DNA of 64,000 nt, taken from the NCBI GenBank assembly GCA_965637545.1, contig OZ281494.1, positions 1,364,001 to 1,428,000 on the forward strand. The letters are read 5' to 3'. This DNA is from Phallusia mammillata. Lineage: Eukaryota. The position numbers were made by a program, and so were the translations under genes. Below, piece after piece: positions 23,601 to 35,860 of this stretch (position 1 is its first letter; every line of letters begins with the position of its first letter). Under the pieces are notes generated by a model, which was not told the origin of the DNA, made no database searches, and was given only the letters and a program-made list of their open reading frames with translations.

Positions 23601-26600
23601 GATGAACTCCCTCATGACTAGGTTGATCCGTTCCAAGCCTATAAAGCACAAAAGAACTTCAATTTCACTTCTATTGTGCACTCTTAAATTACCCTCTTGA
23701 CTGGCATGACTAAGCGCAGGTTTTTTCATGCATGCTATTTTGACAAGGTTTCAATATTTCGACCCCAAAACGAACTATTATTGACAATATCCATCACAAC
23801 AAATACCTGTTTTTTCGTCTTAAAAACATGACCACCACCACAACAATGACAAGTACCAGAAACAACAGCCCGATCACCAGACCAGCAATCATTCCAACAC
23901 TCGTTGAAGTCGCATTTAGATTTGCTAAACAAAACAGTTTGTTACACAAGGAGCACTGCTTTGGAGCACTTGCGTAACCGTATGTAATCAAAGTCGTAAA
24001 AACCTGTTTTAAAAATCGATCGGTGCTTACGTCAGCATATTGTTAGCACTCAAACCAAATGTCACGAAGCCTTCACAACTTCACGACATATGAGTGAACT
24101 TACGATACATGCCTTTACCTTTGGGATAACAGTTTGGAGGTAGATTCCCCGGAGTTTTTACTTTTTGATTGGATGTGATGTTTGTGTTGATTGAACCAGT
24201 GACAATCACTGCAACCTGGAATAAATAACAACGACAGTTCACACATTTTTATATGCAAGCTGTTGTATTTCTTTGTACTGTTTGCTTGAAGAGTAAAATA
24301 AAATGAGAAACAAATAAATGAAACAAGCATTTATAGCTTGGATAATTGCCAATCTACATAGCACAGACAAATAGTAATCACCACAGGCAAAAGAGTAATG
24401 AATGCGGTTCAATTACCAAATCACGTGACTGTGGAATGCGTGTCCGCGATTCACTTCCTTAAGGAAAATACACGAAGCGGAACCATAACACAAACCATAC
24501 AAAAACCGGCAACGTCGAACTATATTAATTAACAAAAGTTTGCATCTTGTAAAGAGTAAAACGTTTCTCACTTGTAAATTATAAACGGTAGAATGCGCCA
24601 AACTTCCTAGTGTTGTCGAATGGTCTGAATACGGAACGTGGAATTTCTTGTTTAATTTCGTGAAATGGACTTCCACCTGTTAGAAACAACAAGGATTTCG
24701 TTGTTACTGCATTTTGCCTAGCGAACTTTTTCTAACTAGCGCAAACTGATTAAATCGAAGCGTAATATTCATTATGTTGGGAAATTCAAACGAAAAATGA
24801 TGTATTGAAACTAATTCCTTTACCTTTGCATTTAAATTGTGTTTGTTGATGAACTGATCCAATCCAGTCCAACTGACAACAACTGATGAGGCATTGCATT
24901 CAAAGGTCGTGGTATTGGTGACAACTGTTGTGCATAACGAAAAAGAAACAATAACACTTTTAAACCAAATGTGTGAATAAGTGTTTTTTACTTGTTGTTT
25001 TACGTTTTTTTATTTGTAATTTAATGTAGGTTAAACCTTATTTTATTTCTACTGGTGCAAATGTGACAATATATACGTCAGCAAATTTCAGTTATTGGGC
25101 AAGTTCTGTTGCTCATTACACATTACACAAGAACTAATTGTTATTTTACCTGCAGGAAAGCAGTTTGGAGGGGGATTTCCCGGAGTTGTTACTGTCAGAT
25201 TGGATGTGATGTTTGTGTTGATTGAACCAGTGACAATTACTATGACCTGGAATAAATAACAAGACAAATTTGTTTGTTTAGAAAATATTGAAGCAAAAAG
25301 GGTGGGTTTGTTTAGAACAGTGCTTGGTGATACTTAATACGAACATTAAAAAACCTGCATCGTTATTAATTGGAGTTTACAATTGCCGGAAGAAAGCTAA
25401 GCGTCGCAGTATCATAATGTGGCGTACTGAAAGGGTTTCGATATGCGTGTAGTTATTTAATTACAATTAAAACGACAAACGAGTTAAGCGGATACACCAC
25501 TTGCATTACTGCTTAGAATGTAATGAGATAGACTTCATATAGCCATTAGTAAAAAAATTAAGGCGAGCTAAAAGTCTTACTCATGTCTCGTATTAGCATG
25601 GAACACACTTACGTGTATAATATTGACTGTAGAAGGCGTTAAACGTCGTACAGTTGCCGATTTGTCTGAATACTGACCGTAGATTTTCTCATTCAATACT
25701 GGTGTGAAAATCTCAACCTGAGCACATTTAACTCATTTAAAGAAATTATTTTTTACGAACTTTTACCACTATATTGCGGATAATAAAGGTTTGTAACCAG
25801 GCAAACAATCGTAAACGAGTAAAATGTTTGTTGAGACTCAAAAAATTGATCTGTTAACAGTAACACCTTTACCTTTGCAATTAATCCGTTTTTGTTAATA
25901 AACTGGTCAAGTCCAGTCCAACTGACAACAACTGTTGAGGCATTGCATTCAAAAGTCGTTGCGTTGGTAACAACTGTTGAAGCATAACGAAAATGTTATG
26001 CTCCCAAAAAATCACCAAAAATAGCTGCTAAGATTTCTCTTAGCTAAAAAAACGTCAGTGACGTATGGAAAAGAATAACCATCAGCACAAAATCAAAAGC
26101 AACTTGGCCCAGGATTGTGTTTGGAAACAATAACACTTTTGAAATTAAATGTGTGAAGAAGTGTTTTTTACTTGTTGTTTTACGTTTTTTTGGAATTCAA
26201 TTTAGGTTAAACCTTACTTTATTTCTACTGGTGTAAATGTGACAATATATATGACAGCAAATTTCAGTTATTGGGCAAGTTCTGTTGCTACTTACGCATT
26301 ACACAAGAACCAATTGTTAATTTACCTGCAGGAAAGCAGCTTTGAGGGGGGTTACCGGGAGTTTTTACTGTCAGATTGGATGTGATGTTTGTGTTGATTG
26401 AACCAGTGACAATCACTGTAACCTGCAATAAATAACAAGACGAATTTGTTTTGTTTAGAAAATATTGAAGCAGAAAGGGTGGGTTTGTTTGAAACAGTGC
26501 TTGATGATACCTAATACGAACATTGAAAAACCTGCATTTTTTGGAGTTTACAATTGCCGGAAGAAAGCTATGCGTCGCAGTATCATAATGTGGCGTACTG

Positions 26601-29600
26601 AAAGGGTTTCGATATACGTGTAGTTATCTAATTACAATTAAAACGACAAACGAGTTAAGTGGATACACCACTTGCATTACTGCTTAGAATGTAACAGGAT
26701 GGATTCGATATAGCCATTAGTATAAAAAAATTAAGGTGAGCAAAAAGTCTTACTCATGTCTCTGTAAGCACGACACTCACTTACGTGTATAATATTGACT
26801 GTAGAAGGCGCTAAACTTCGTACAATTGCCGATTTGTCTGAATACTGACGGTAGATTTTCTCCTTCAATACTGGTGTGAAAATCTCAACCTGAGCACATT
26901 TTACTCTAGGAATGAAATTATTTTTTCTCGAACTTTTACCCATATATTGCGGATAATAAAGGTACCTTCACCTCTGCAATTAATCCGTTTTTGTCAATAA
27001 ACTGGTCGAGTCCGGTCCAACTGACAACAACCGTTGAGGCGTTGCATTCAAAAGTCGTTGCGTTGGTAACAACTGTTGATGCATAGTCACAAAATTTAAA
27101 AAAGAATGTCAAATTATGCCTTTAACCCACACAAAGATTCTTTTATTACCTGGAGGATAGCAACTCGATGGTGGGTTAGGGAATGTTCTGAATTTACGCG
27201 TGAAGGAAACGTTAGAGCTAACGCAACCAGAGAGAATTGCTGTCACCTGGGATTTAAATGTTGTTTAAATAATTCTGCACAATTTCCGCGTATTACGTTG
27301 TTGAGCTACTTCGTGTTGTTACTGTTTTAGGTTATGTCGACGGTTACCGTTAACCTGTAATGTAAAAAAGAAATGTTCGCAATTTTTGACATAAATACCT
27401 TTAATTGATATTTTGTTTCAAAACTTAAGTTTCCAAGTGTAGTCGATCCATCTAAATACGGTGATGTATGTCTTTCGTTCAGTACCGAAACATGGATTTC
27501 GACCTACGTACAACACATTTCTCAATCTATAAAAATTTAACCTGCTTTGGATAAATGTTACCACTGGACTGAGATTATGTTTGTTGATAAATTGATCGAG
27601 TCCAGTCCACCTGACCACCACAGTTGAAGCGTTGCATCTAACTGTCTTTACTTTAGCTTTGACTAAAAGTGAAATAACAAGTTTAATTAAAATGCAGCAG
27701 CAGATTTGCACTGTATGTTTAATTTGTTTTTATTGCTTTGCAGCAACAGAAATATTCATCCACTATCTCTGTCAATTTTTCTACAGCATTTACTTGGACA
27801 AACACTGCCCTGGACTCTAAGTCGCGTGCTGTGATGTTCGATACTATAGTTCTATAGTTGGCTATTTTGTTATTTGGCAACAATTGCTGGCTAGACAAAC
27901 GACGAATTCGGAACGCGTATTGAATCATAACCAAGGGATGGAGAAGTAATATGGACATGACTGTAAACCGCCATCGCATAGCTTTGAGGCCTGATTTCAC
28001 AGTATGTGTCTGCAACTTTTGTATCTATAATATTACCTAGCTATAAAAAGTTAGTTGCTGGACTTAACCCGGTGCCAAACGGTGCCACGAATCTCATAAG
28101 GTTAAGATTAGGGTGAAAAAATGTCGTAATGATTAAAAGACATATCATAAAGCAGCGGGTGACTGACGTATGATTAAATGTCGTATACGGGTGATGAAAT
28201 TTCGAGTGTGATAAAACGTCACTCAACCGTGCTAAATAAACCGAAAAAGTCCTGTTTAAGGTATTGTCTATTTTTGCCCATCATGTATGCCTTTTCTACG
28301 TGTTGTTCTTTTTAGCTGTACTTATTGTAGGACATGTATGGATCTGTCAAACAAACTTTCGAATTTCAACCGGCTTTTCAATACCAATTCGGCATCGGGC
28401 TTACACTTTCCAGGTAATGGTCAAATTTCAGACACACTTACAGCCATAAATGTAGACAAACTGTGGAGAAAACAACTTCACAAACCGCAACTAACAATTG
28501 AATGTATACGATATTTAATTTTTGTTTCCTATTTTTAACTTGCGCTAAACTCCAGCCAACCAACTCGCGATATCACTCACGTTTTACTTGATAAGCGTAG
28601 TAGGCCTTTCTTTTGCACTTTATGCTTGATTGTATATGTATTGTTTATTTTAAGATGAATTGTTTTGTTTTTACTCACGATTACTTTACTCACGTTTCAC
28701 TTGGCAAGCGTAGTAAGCCACTTCCCCATTGTAGTTCATGCTTGACTGCTCCCATCCGATCCCATAATGCAACGCTCCCTGCTGGCAAGTTGTAACGTTG
28801 GAAACGCGAAAGTTTGCCCGAGATCCGTCCGTCCAGTACCAACCATGTAGCGACGTGTTATAACGAGCTCCAATAAGAATCCTAATGTCTAGAACAACAT
28901 TTGCGAGTGTTATTTATAAATAGAAATAACACGATCAAAACATATTTTCTTTGTATGTTTTCAAACCAAACGCTCACTTGGTACCAGAAACGATCCCTCA
29001 TATTTGGTAAACGTTTCATACGTTTTATGGACACTGCGTAACTTGCTAGAAATTGGATATGTATATCGCCCATAGGTGAATATTTCTTTTTGGCGCCCCA
29101 AGGTGTTAATTTTTGAAAACAAGGAATACCGGAATCTCCATCCTGAAAAGAATACAGATTTCGTTGTAGGTCAAACCTATGTAGATGGTTTTTGTTTGAC
29201 TGCAGTAATAAAGATGAAAGAAAGAACGTATTAGTCAAAACGGGATAAATAGCAAGATAGTATCACAATAGTATTTTTATTGGGAAGCTACACGGAAATT
29301 GATGAATAAGTTTGTTTTTGGTTGTTGCAGGGGACTTTAGACATCGTAGTGTGCTTGTGGCCTTGGGTAATGTTTTAAGTATATTTAGGCATCATTGGTA
29401 TATTTAATTCGAAATTTTCGACATTTTAGTACAAACATTTTGTTGTGGAACGTTAACAGTTACTAATCTGAGTAAAACGCAAACCTTGGACACTACAGTT
29501 TTTTCCAATGGTTACATTCCACCTCTCCGTGTCTCTGCCATTCGAATATTTGCAGAAGTAAATGTTTTCACCATAAGTTCCAGGATTGCTATCAGAGAAT

Positions 29601-30252
29601 AATCTGTTTAACTAGTTTGCATCAATTTGTTTGTATTTAAAATTGTCACCTTTTGTACAAGTCGAAATACCACAGATGTCCAAGAGATTTCGTACTACTC
29701 CAACCGACTTCAGCGGGATTCTTTGAGTATTTATATCGCCTAGGATCGGTGGTATTGTAAAAAATATAAACTCGCACTAAATCTGAAAAATGTTACGATT
29801 ATTTGTTTTTTACTTTATTTTGTTTATTATGTACAATGTGTTGATTTAAAGCTAAGTTTATCCTCAACTATGGTTACAACATGGTCTGTTGTTGAACTAT
29901 AAACCAGTTTTACAATACCAAGATTTTGCATTATAAAAACCTGTTGTGTGTTTGTCTGTCATGAGTTGATTGAGAGTTGTGTTGATCTGTGGGTCATCAG
30001 TCATTGCAAGATTTCCACCCAGCAAAGAACATTCCTCCTGTGCAGTGTTTGCATCCACAAGATCGTCAGATAATATCAACACACTGTCCTTCACTGCATT
30101 AACGGTTTTGTTACAACCTGATTAAGAACATTATTGTTTAAGATTTTTATTTTATAATGTCTCAGATTGCCATACTTACTGGGAGTTTGCCCCTTCGAGT
30201 AACAAACCAACAGCAAACATACAAGTATTTCAAATTTCATTTTCTCAGTCAT
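17690..30252 (-). CDS. Gene D: receptor-type tyrosine phosphatase (SP - split CTLD - 4 FN3-like - TM - D1 - D2), 34 exons, 1314 aa if normally spliced; juxtamembrane donor mutated
   Basis: The exon chain sums to 3945 nt with no stops. ATG 30252; CTLD/insert 30117-28694; FN3 27662-24119; TM 23924-23807; JM 23638-23577; NRYKNIFP 22821-22725; DYINA/QGP 22467-22265; KCEQYWP 21458-21327; WPDHG..VHC 20921-20782; SAGVGRTG 20718-20583; D2 19730-17976; FDTYSNFK* 17764-17690. The donor after 23577 reads TT instead of GT. Confidence 0.85.
21542..22026. mobile_element. hAT-type MITE in a PTP intron of gene D
   Basis: TIRs CAGGGGTGCACAACCT (21542) and AGGTTGTGCACTCATG (22011-22026; 14/16 match). 8-bp TSD GGTTAAAC/AGTTAAAC. 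Absent from the equivalent short intron of F. Confidence 0.8.
24119..27662 (-). repeat. Four tandem three-exon FN3-like modules (101/105/97 nt), partly duplicated with their introns at ~1.1-1.2 kb period
   Basis: Each module reads C-N-A-S..V.WTGLDQF / V(E)I....L....Y..K / V..I..G...N......T.(G)NPP..C(F/Y)P. Introns at 24950-25900 and 26130-26960 are visibly near-copies. Confidence 0.85.
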
Positions 30253-30739
30253 CGTAACAATTTGGTTCAGGTTTGGCGATAGACGGAAGTTCAACATCCA
30301 AATGTGATAATCTGCGTTCCCTCTTAGATGTGCACAATTTGTTTAATCCAACCAGGTTAAAATTTACAAGTCATGAAAATCATTATACAACTTTTATGTT
30401 ACAACCTTTGTTTGTTTCCTGCACACCTACAATACGTTGACGTAAAAGTCGTAATCTTTTATATTTCTTTTGTGCTTATTTCAGTGCCGAGCCAAACAGA
30501 AATATCGAGTTAATTGCCGCTGAGTTTCTTGTGCGCCTTGCTAGTGTAAGGTCTTTCTATTGCGCTCGACAAAATAAATATTTTTCCGAAACCGTTGGTT
30601 CATGTTTCAACCCGCTGCAGTAAATACTTCCCTAACGCCTGCCAGACTTGCGGGTTTCCTGATTAAATCAACTTACGATACGCCCTTTTGCTGCGCTGTA
30701 AAAATAAAACAAAAAACGGATCGGCCAATGCGATACAGG

Positions 30740-31020
30740 ACCCGAAGATTTTAACAAATACACATTCCACTTCTCCGTTCGCCTGTTTTTCCAAGCCTCG
30801 CAAATGTAAATTCATTCCATCGTGTTTTCAGGATTCCTGCCTGATATAATTCGGTTTAATTGATAGTAACAAGTTTATAATTATCTCCTTTTCACCTTTT
30901 GAACAAGTCGAAATACCACAGATGTCCGAGAGATTTTGTACTTTTGGGGAAATTTACTTTAACCGAATTATTTCTGTATTTTCATAATCTATTATTTTCA
31001 TCATCTAACTAGGCCTTATC
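30740..31020 (-). pseudogene. Remnant of insert exons 3-4 of the receptor family (duplicate at 63754-64000)
   Basis: [13 protein letters not shown]|GT ends at 30896. The next exon (from 30836) reads NPENTME*IYICEAWKNRRTEKWNV with TGA at 30814-30812. Confidence 0.8.
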
Positions 31021-31079
31021 TGTACTTAAGCTTTCTAACTAACATTAGTTCATTCACAACAGTCTAGCTAAAATGTACA

Positions 31080-32450
31080 ACACTCTATTTGATAAATGTA
31101 TAATACAATGCGCTGTACAAAACAACAAATTCCAACCGTTTTTGCGCGACGCTTGTTTGCACCATTTTATTAATCTTTTAATTCACTTAAGTTTATATGA
31201 ACGGGTGTAACTAATGGGGCCTCTAATATCGCTGATGATGGCATGAGCATTTAGTATTTTTCGTCTGTTTGGGCCGTAATGTTCATGATTAGGTATACAA
31301 CACATGTACGCAAATTTACTCCTGATTCCCATGCGTCAAGATGTTAACCTTACATCTGGTATGGCTACCTACTGCACATCTGCATAACTGACGGTACTGA
31401 CTCATAACACATTGTTGATTAGCTTCAAGGGATTTTTCTGTATGTTGTCGAAATTAGCACAATGGCTGAATAAAAGAGCTTTGCGTGGGAAAGTATGACT
31501 CAACGCTGCCCGCCTGTATATCTCATCCTCCAATTGCTTTTGTTGCATTTCTTAACCTGCAGGAGCGGTTAACGTAAAAAAAACGAGCATGCAAAAGGCA
31601 GTTAACGTAACAATCCCGTCTACCTGGTATTTCCGCGAGGTAAGCGTAGTTATTGAATCTGACGTACTGTTTATCTGAAAATTCCTAGGCAGAAACGCAT
31701 GCGATACTCGATGAATGAAGTTATAACCTGATAAAATCCAATTGCACATAACTTTTTTTAACGCTAAATTTGTAGGCTTTGCTTTGATCATATTCGTTGA
31801 AAATGAATGTGAATGTACTTATCCTTCTGTCCTTCATAGTGTTGTAGGTTACAATAATGCCTTCCTGCTTGTATTTTTGGTTTTTGCATTTAAATTTAAC
31901 AACTGAACTTGGTATGCAAGATAATTAAAACAACATCATAAAGCATCACGGCTAGAAAGTCATGCCTCGCCTGTTCTGTTCGAGTGGCAAGGTTTATACA
32001 ATAAGTGAGGCATTGGTTTTGAAACAACCTATCTCTTGTTAGCAGCTGCATTAATGAGATCTTTTTGGTCGAAACACTGTGCACTGTCTGCTGCTTCAAC
32101 ACTTGCTAAATAAAGTAAATGTTACAATATCAATTCTTGAAAGTTGCGAAAAGTGGATCAAGCCGTCGTGCCTTATTAAAAGGAATTTTGGTTCCTTTGA
32201 AAAGAATATCGGTTGCTAATTGTGCAGTGAAGCTTGCTTCCTGTACGTAAATGGAACTATGACAGCATTGTATCAGTTTCGATTGTAAGCACAAAGCCCC
32301 GACCAGGTCGTAGCCAAACACGGAAGAAAAACACAAAAGTAGAAGTTCTTAAGTAAAAATGCCGTTTTCGACTTTACCTTGTGACCAAATCTTCCAGACA
32401 AATATATTTCAAATATATTTCAATCTACGTGTAGGAAAGTCTAACCCTCG
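31080..32450. repeat. Inverted homologous segment pair (partner 37290-38790) upstream of the divergently oriented D and F genes
   Basis: Reverse complement aligns by eye over ~1.4 kb, e.g. GGCATGAGCATTTAGTATTTT at 31.24 kb versus AAAATACTTAATGCTCATGCC at 38.63 kb. Clearly diverged. Confidence 0.75.
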
Positions 32451-33324
32451 TTTAATTGTATTTAAATACTAACAAGAAAAACATTTTTGTAGCGGTTTTT
32501 CACAGCATTTTCAGGCAACTGTGACAAGTCAATTGTGACATTTGCTGAAGGGTCTTGCAGGGGTTACTCGTTGCTAAATAAAAAGGCCTGAAATGTGATT
32601 AACGCGACACTGCTGTCAGTTCTGCGACATCATGTCAACTAAACACGGTAAGAAGGTTTCTGACAAAATTATGAAATGTATGTAACTACTAAAGATTAGG
32701 TTTAGGTGATCAAGCATCGAAACAATTTTAACAGCATTACAAATATTCCATAAACGATCACAACATTCAACGCACAGATTTTAAAGCTGTAAAACACGTG
32801 GAGCAGGAAAGCTGACCAAATGATCTGTTGATAACACATGCTAATGGATCTAAACCAGTCTCGACCACTTGCTTTTTAAACAAGAAATTTACACAACATT
32901 TCTCAAAGCTTCCTTAGCCTAACTTTCCTTTAGGGCTGCAACTATACTTCCAAGTTCCAGTTCGACTACAACAAAGCTTAATAGTTAAACAATAGAAATA
33001 CAGCTCTTTACTGCCACCATACGTTAAAAGCATCGTCAAACAACACCAGAAAGTTAATCAGTTAGCAACGTACAACATTAACGCGGTTTGAGAAAACAAA
33101 AATACCTAAACTAGTTGAAACGGCTACTGCAGTTAGTAAACTTGACGCGTATATGTGAACATGAGTATAAGAATATGTCAGAATCAACCACAGAATGTTC
33201 GCTACCTAAAATAAACATGTAAAATTTAACTGCTTGTTACTTCAGTATGTTCGAAGTAACAGGCAGAAAAATCTATGTCACCAGTTTTGTTCAATGCCAC
33301 AACTGGGCATGAACCGCAGAGAAA

Positions 33325-33680
33325 ACTCAAATAATACAGTCCAGACATGGCAAATAATACAGATAGAAGACATGGCTTTAGTTGCAAAATAAAGTTATAG
33401 AGGAGATTAAGTCTGCTACATTTGGCTAATTTTCGATTCTACTGGATGAATCTACTGATGTGGCATCGTGTTCCCAGTTGATGGTATTTGATAAGTAAGC
33501 CCATTCAAACGCATTTAAAAAGGAGCTTCTTTTTTGTTCTTGTCTCGAAACAACTACGAAGGCTGTTGACTTATTTGAAAAGTTTCTTTTTTCTTTGAAT
33601 CCGAAGATATTTTGTGGAAAAAATATGTGGGTGTTGCACAGACGGAGCCCCAGCTATGTTAGGAAGTAAATCAGGATTTT
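33325..33680 (+). mobile_element. Decayed hAT (Buster/Charlie-like) transposase fragment
   Basis: Translates as SNNTV..IEDMA..QNKVIEEIK...FSILLDESTDVASCSQLMVF..KELLFC..LETTTK.....CTDGAPAMLGSKSGF with stops and frameshifts. DESTD at 33445 and CTDGA at 33635 are the hAT DDE motifs. Confidence 0.85.
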
Positions 33681-33858
33681 AAGCTCATAGATTCCATCCT
33701 GCAAATATCAAATATATGTGATATCCAAGACATGAAATGAAAAGGAGTCTGTATCATCGTTACGAAGTGAAAAACCTGACAAACCTAAACTGTAAGGTTT
33801 TGGCTATAATATGTTATTGTGATCCAACAAACGTTACTGAAGTAAGTAGAACACCAAC

Positions 33859-35199
33859 CGTTCCAATTTCCTTTGTTGTCTAGGCCTTCACAATTTCTTT
33901 CAATTGTTACATTCCACTTCTCCTTTTCAATTTTCCTGTTTTTACAAGCCTCGCAGAAATATATTGGTTTCATTGTGTTTTCGGGGTAAAAATTCTGTCT
34001 ACTTCAGTGGTTCTCAACCTGGGGTCCGCGCAAAGCGTTTTCGGGGGGTCCGCGACAACTTTCAAAATTTGCAGACAACGAGATTGATAAACTTGATTTA
34101 AAAAATATGTTTTAGCGTTTCAAAAAAGCATGAAACTTGTTTTTCAAAAAAGCATGAAACTTGTAAAACATTCTTCAAAGGCAAAAACCAAAATGCATTA
34201 TGATATATTAACCCCATTGTGATGCATCGGAGGTAAATTGTCAGTGGCAAACTACGTCACATCACAATGCATTGGCTCTCATTTTATGGGGTCCGATGTC
34301 GCAGCCCAGACAAAGGGATTGACATTTTGATCCCGCACCAAACATGGTTGGTATTTTATGCGTCATGTATCGGTTGCTTGTTATAAAAAATGTGTGAAAA
34401 TTACCAACACCTTCAGAGGGGTCCGCGATTTGCCTGCTAGTATCAAAAGAGAACCACTGGTCTAATTGAGAGTGAGAAGTTTGTAAATATCTGGTTTGAA
34501 CCTTTCATACAAGTGAATTTAAACCAATTTTTCCGCTGATCCAATCGGTAATTACCAGTTTATAATTATCTGTTTTTCACCATTTATGCAAGACGAAATA
34601 CCACAGATGTCCGAGAGGTTTTCTCCTTTTCCAGAAATCCACTTCAGCTGAATTGTTTGAGCATTTATATCGTTCATATGTGACGGGGTCATCAAAAATA
34701 TAAACCCGTTGCAAATCTAAAGGAAAGTTTGTTTCATAACCTTTATTTAAACAAGTTTTATTTTTTCTATACGGTTGATTTGCATTTAATAATCTTAAGA
34801 GTTTGTTTTGAAAATGTAATTTTTTTACAAACCTGTTGTATATTTGTCGGACACACTTTCTTTCACTGCTTGCATCGTTTTGTTGCATCCTGGAAAACAC
34901 CTCGTTGTTGCACTGTAATTGTTTGATGCAATAAATTGTTCAACGCAATACCACGCTTGATTTTGGGCAATTGCAGTGCATGTGGCAGAGTAAATTGCAA
35001 AAATAGGCAAAATTAAATACCCCAACGAACGGATATTAACAGTTTTGTTATTAAAAGTTGACTCACCGTGAATAGAAACCAAGCAATCAGATATTAACAC
35101 TTTTAAAAAGTAAAACAAAAAATTACATTTAGTTTGTGCGGTTATAACCCGAACCATCATTAAAATAACCACAATCGTGCTGATGTAAGGCTAACTCAT
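33859..35199 (-). pseudogene. Gene E: 5' fragment of the receptor family (SP exon, internally deleted CTLD exon, two insert exons)
   Basis: SP exon 35199-35127 (73 nt, TAG at codon 3). Exon 2 at 34889-34833 is only 57 nt (120 nt deleted in frame). Exon 3 at 34716-34581 reads DLQRVYIF..LGHLWYF. Exon 4 (IYFCEACK..WNVTIERNC..GNWNG) ends at 33859 and has no in-frame acceptor. Confidence 0.8.
34005..34459. mobile_element. hAT-type MITE inside pseudogene E
   Basis: TIRs CAGTGGTTCTC (34005) and GAGAACCACTG (34449-34459). 8-bp TSD GTCTACTT/GTCTAATT with central TA. GGGGTCCG subterminal repeats. Confidence 0.85.
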
Positions 35200-35689
35200 C
35201 ACGTTTGTCACAATTAACAAATATATGGTGACTTTCTACCTGTGTCTACTATTCGCTGCTGATGGAGAAGACAAGCTGTGTTTGCTGCTAGACAAGCCAT
35301 GTTCAAAGTTCAAACCCATCAATTGCAACATAAATATGGAACGAAAGTTGGGCTGTGGGTTTTTATCCTGTTTTCCTGACGCGTTGGAGTGCTGCAATCT
35401 GACTACGGCCAGTACAGCCAAATGTTGTCACCAGCTGAACCGATGAAACTTTGTATATCTGTAGCTTTTTTGGCAAACGTTTTCAGTTAATACGTGATCT
35501 TGTTTCTTATGGCCATGGCGCGTGACATATCGCTTGACGATTTAGTAGACTGTTTTTTAAGTAATTACCGTGCGAACGATCGCTTCGTGCAACAACTTTT
35601 TCAAACTCCTTTAATTGTGATTACGTTTGTGTGTGTGTGTGTGTGAGAGAGAAATAAAAAGATCAAACCTAAAAACAATCTCTACCGGG

Positions 35690-35860
35690 ATTACGCATTC
35701 GAAACGCCGCGCGCGCGCGAGCGCCGCGCACGAGACGCGCCGCTCATCCGACACGCAATCGAGCGCGACGCGCGTTCGCTCATCCGGCGAAACTCCACAG
35801 CTGGCGGACGACGCGTTTTTCATTCAACCAGCGAAACTCCACAGCTGGCGGACGACACTA
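35690..35860. repeat. CpG-rich patch with a 26-bp direct repeat GCGAAACTCCACAGCTGGCGGACGAC (35787-35812, 35831-35856)
   Basis: Read directly from the sequence; function unknown. Confidence 0.6.

Noticed and set aside
28575-28606. Duplicated 3' end of the CTLD exon with its own GTGAGT donor, as an alternative donor
   Set aside because: Using it would read through a stop (CGT GAG TAA) and add 113 nt out of frame. It is only a small local duplication.
35225-35446. Cys-rich 73-aa ORF
   Set aside because: No recognisable motif or splice context, and it sits immediately upstream of pseudogene E. Cannot be supported without a search.
35787-35856. CRISPR-like repeat-spacer
   Set aside because: Only two repeats, eukaryotic context, no cas genes.
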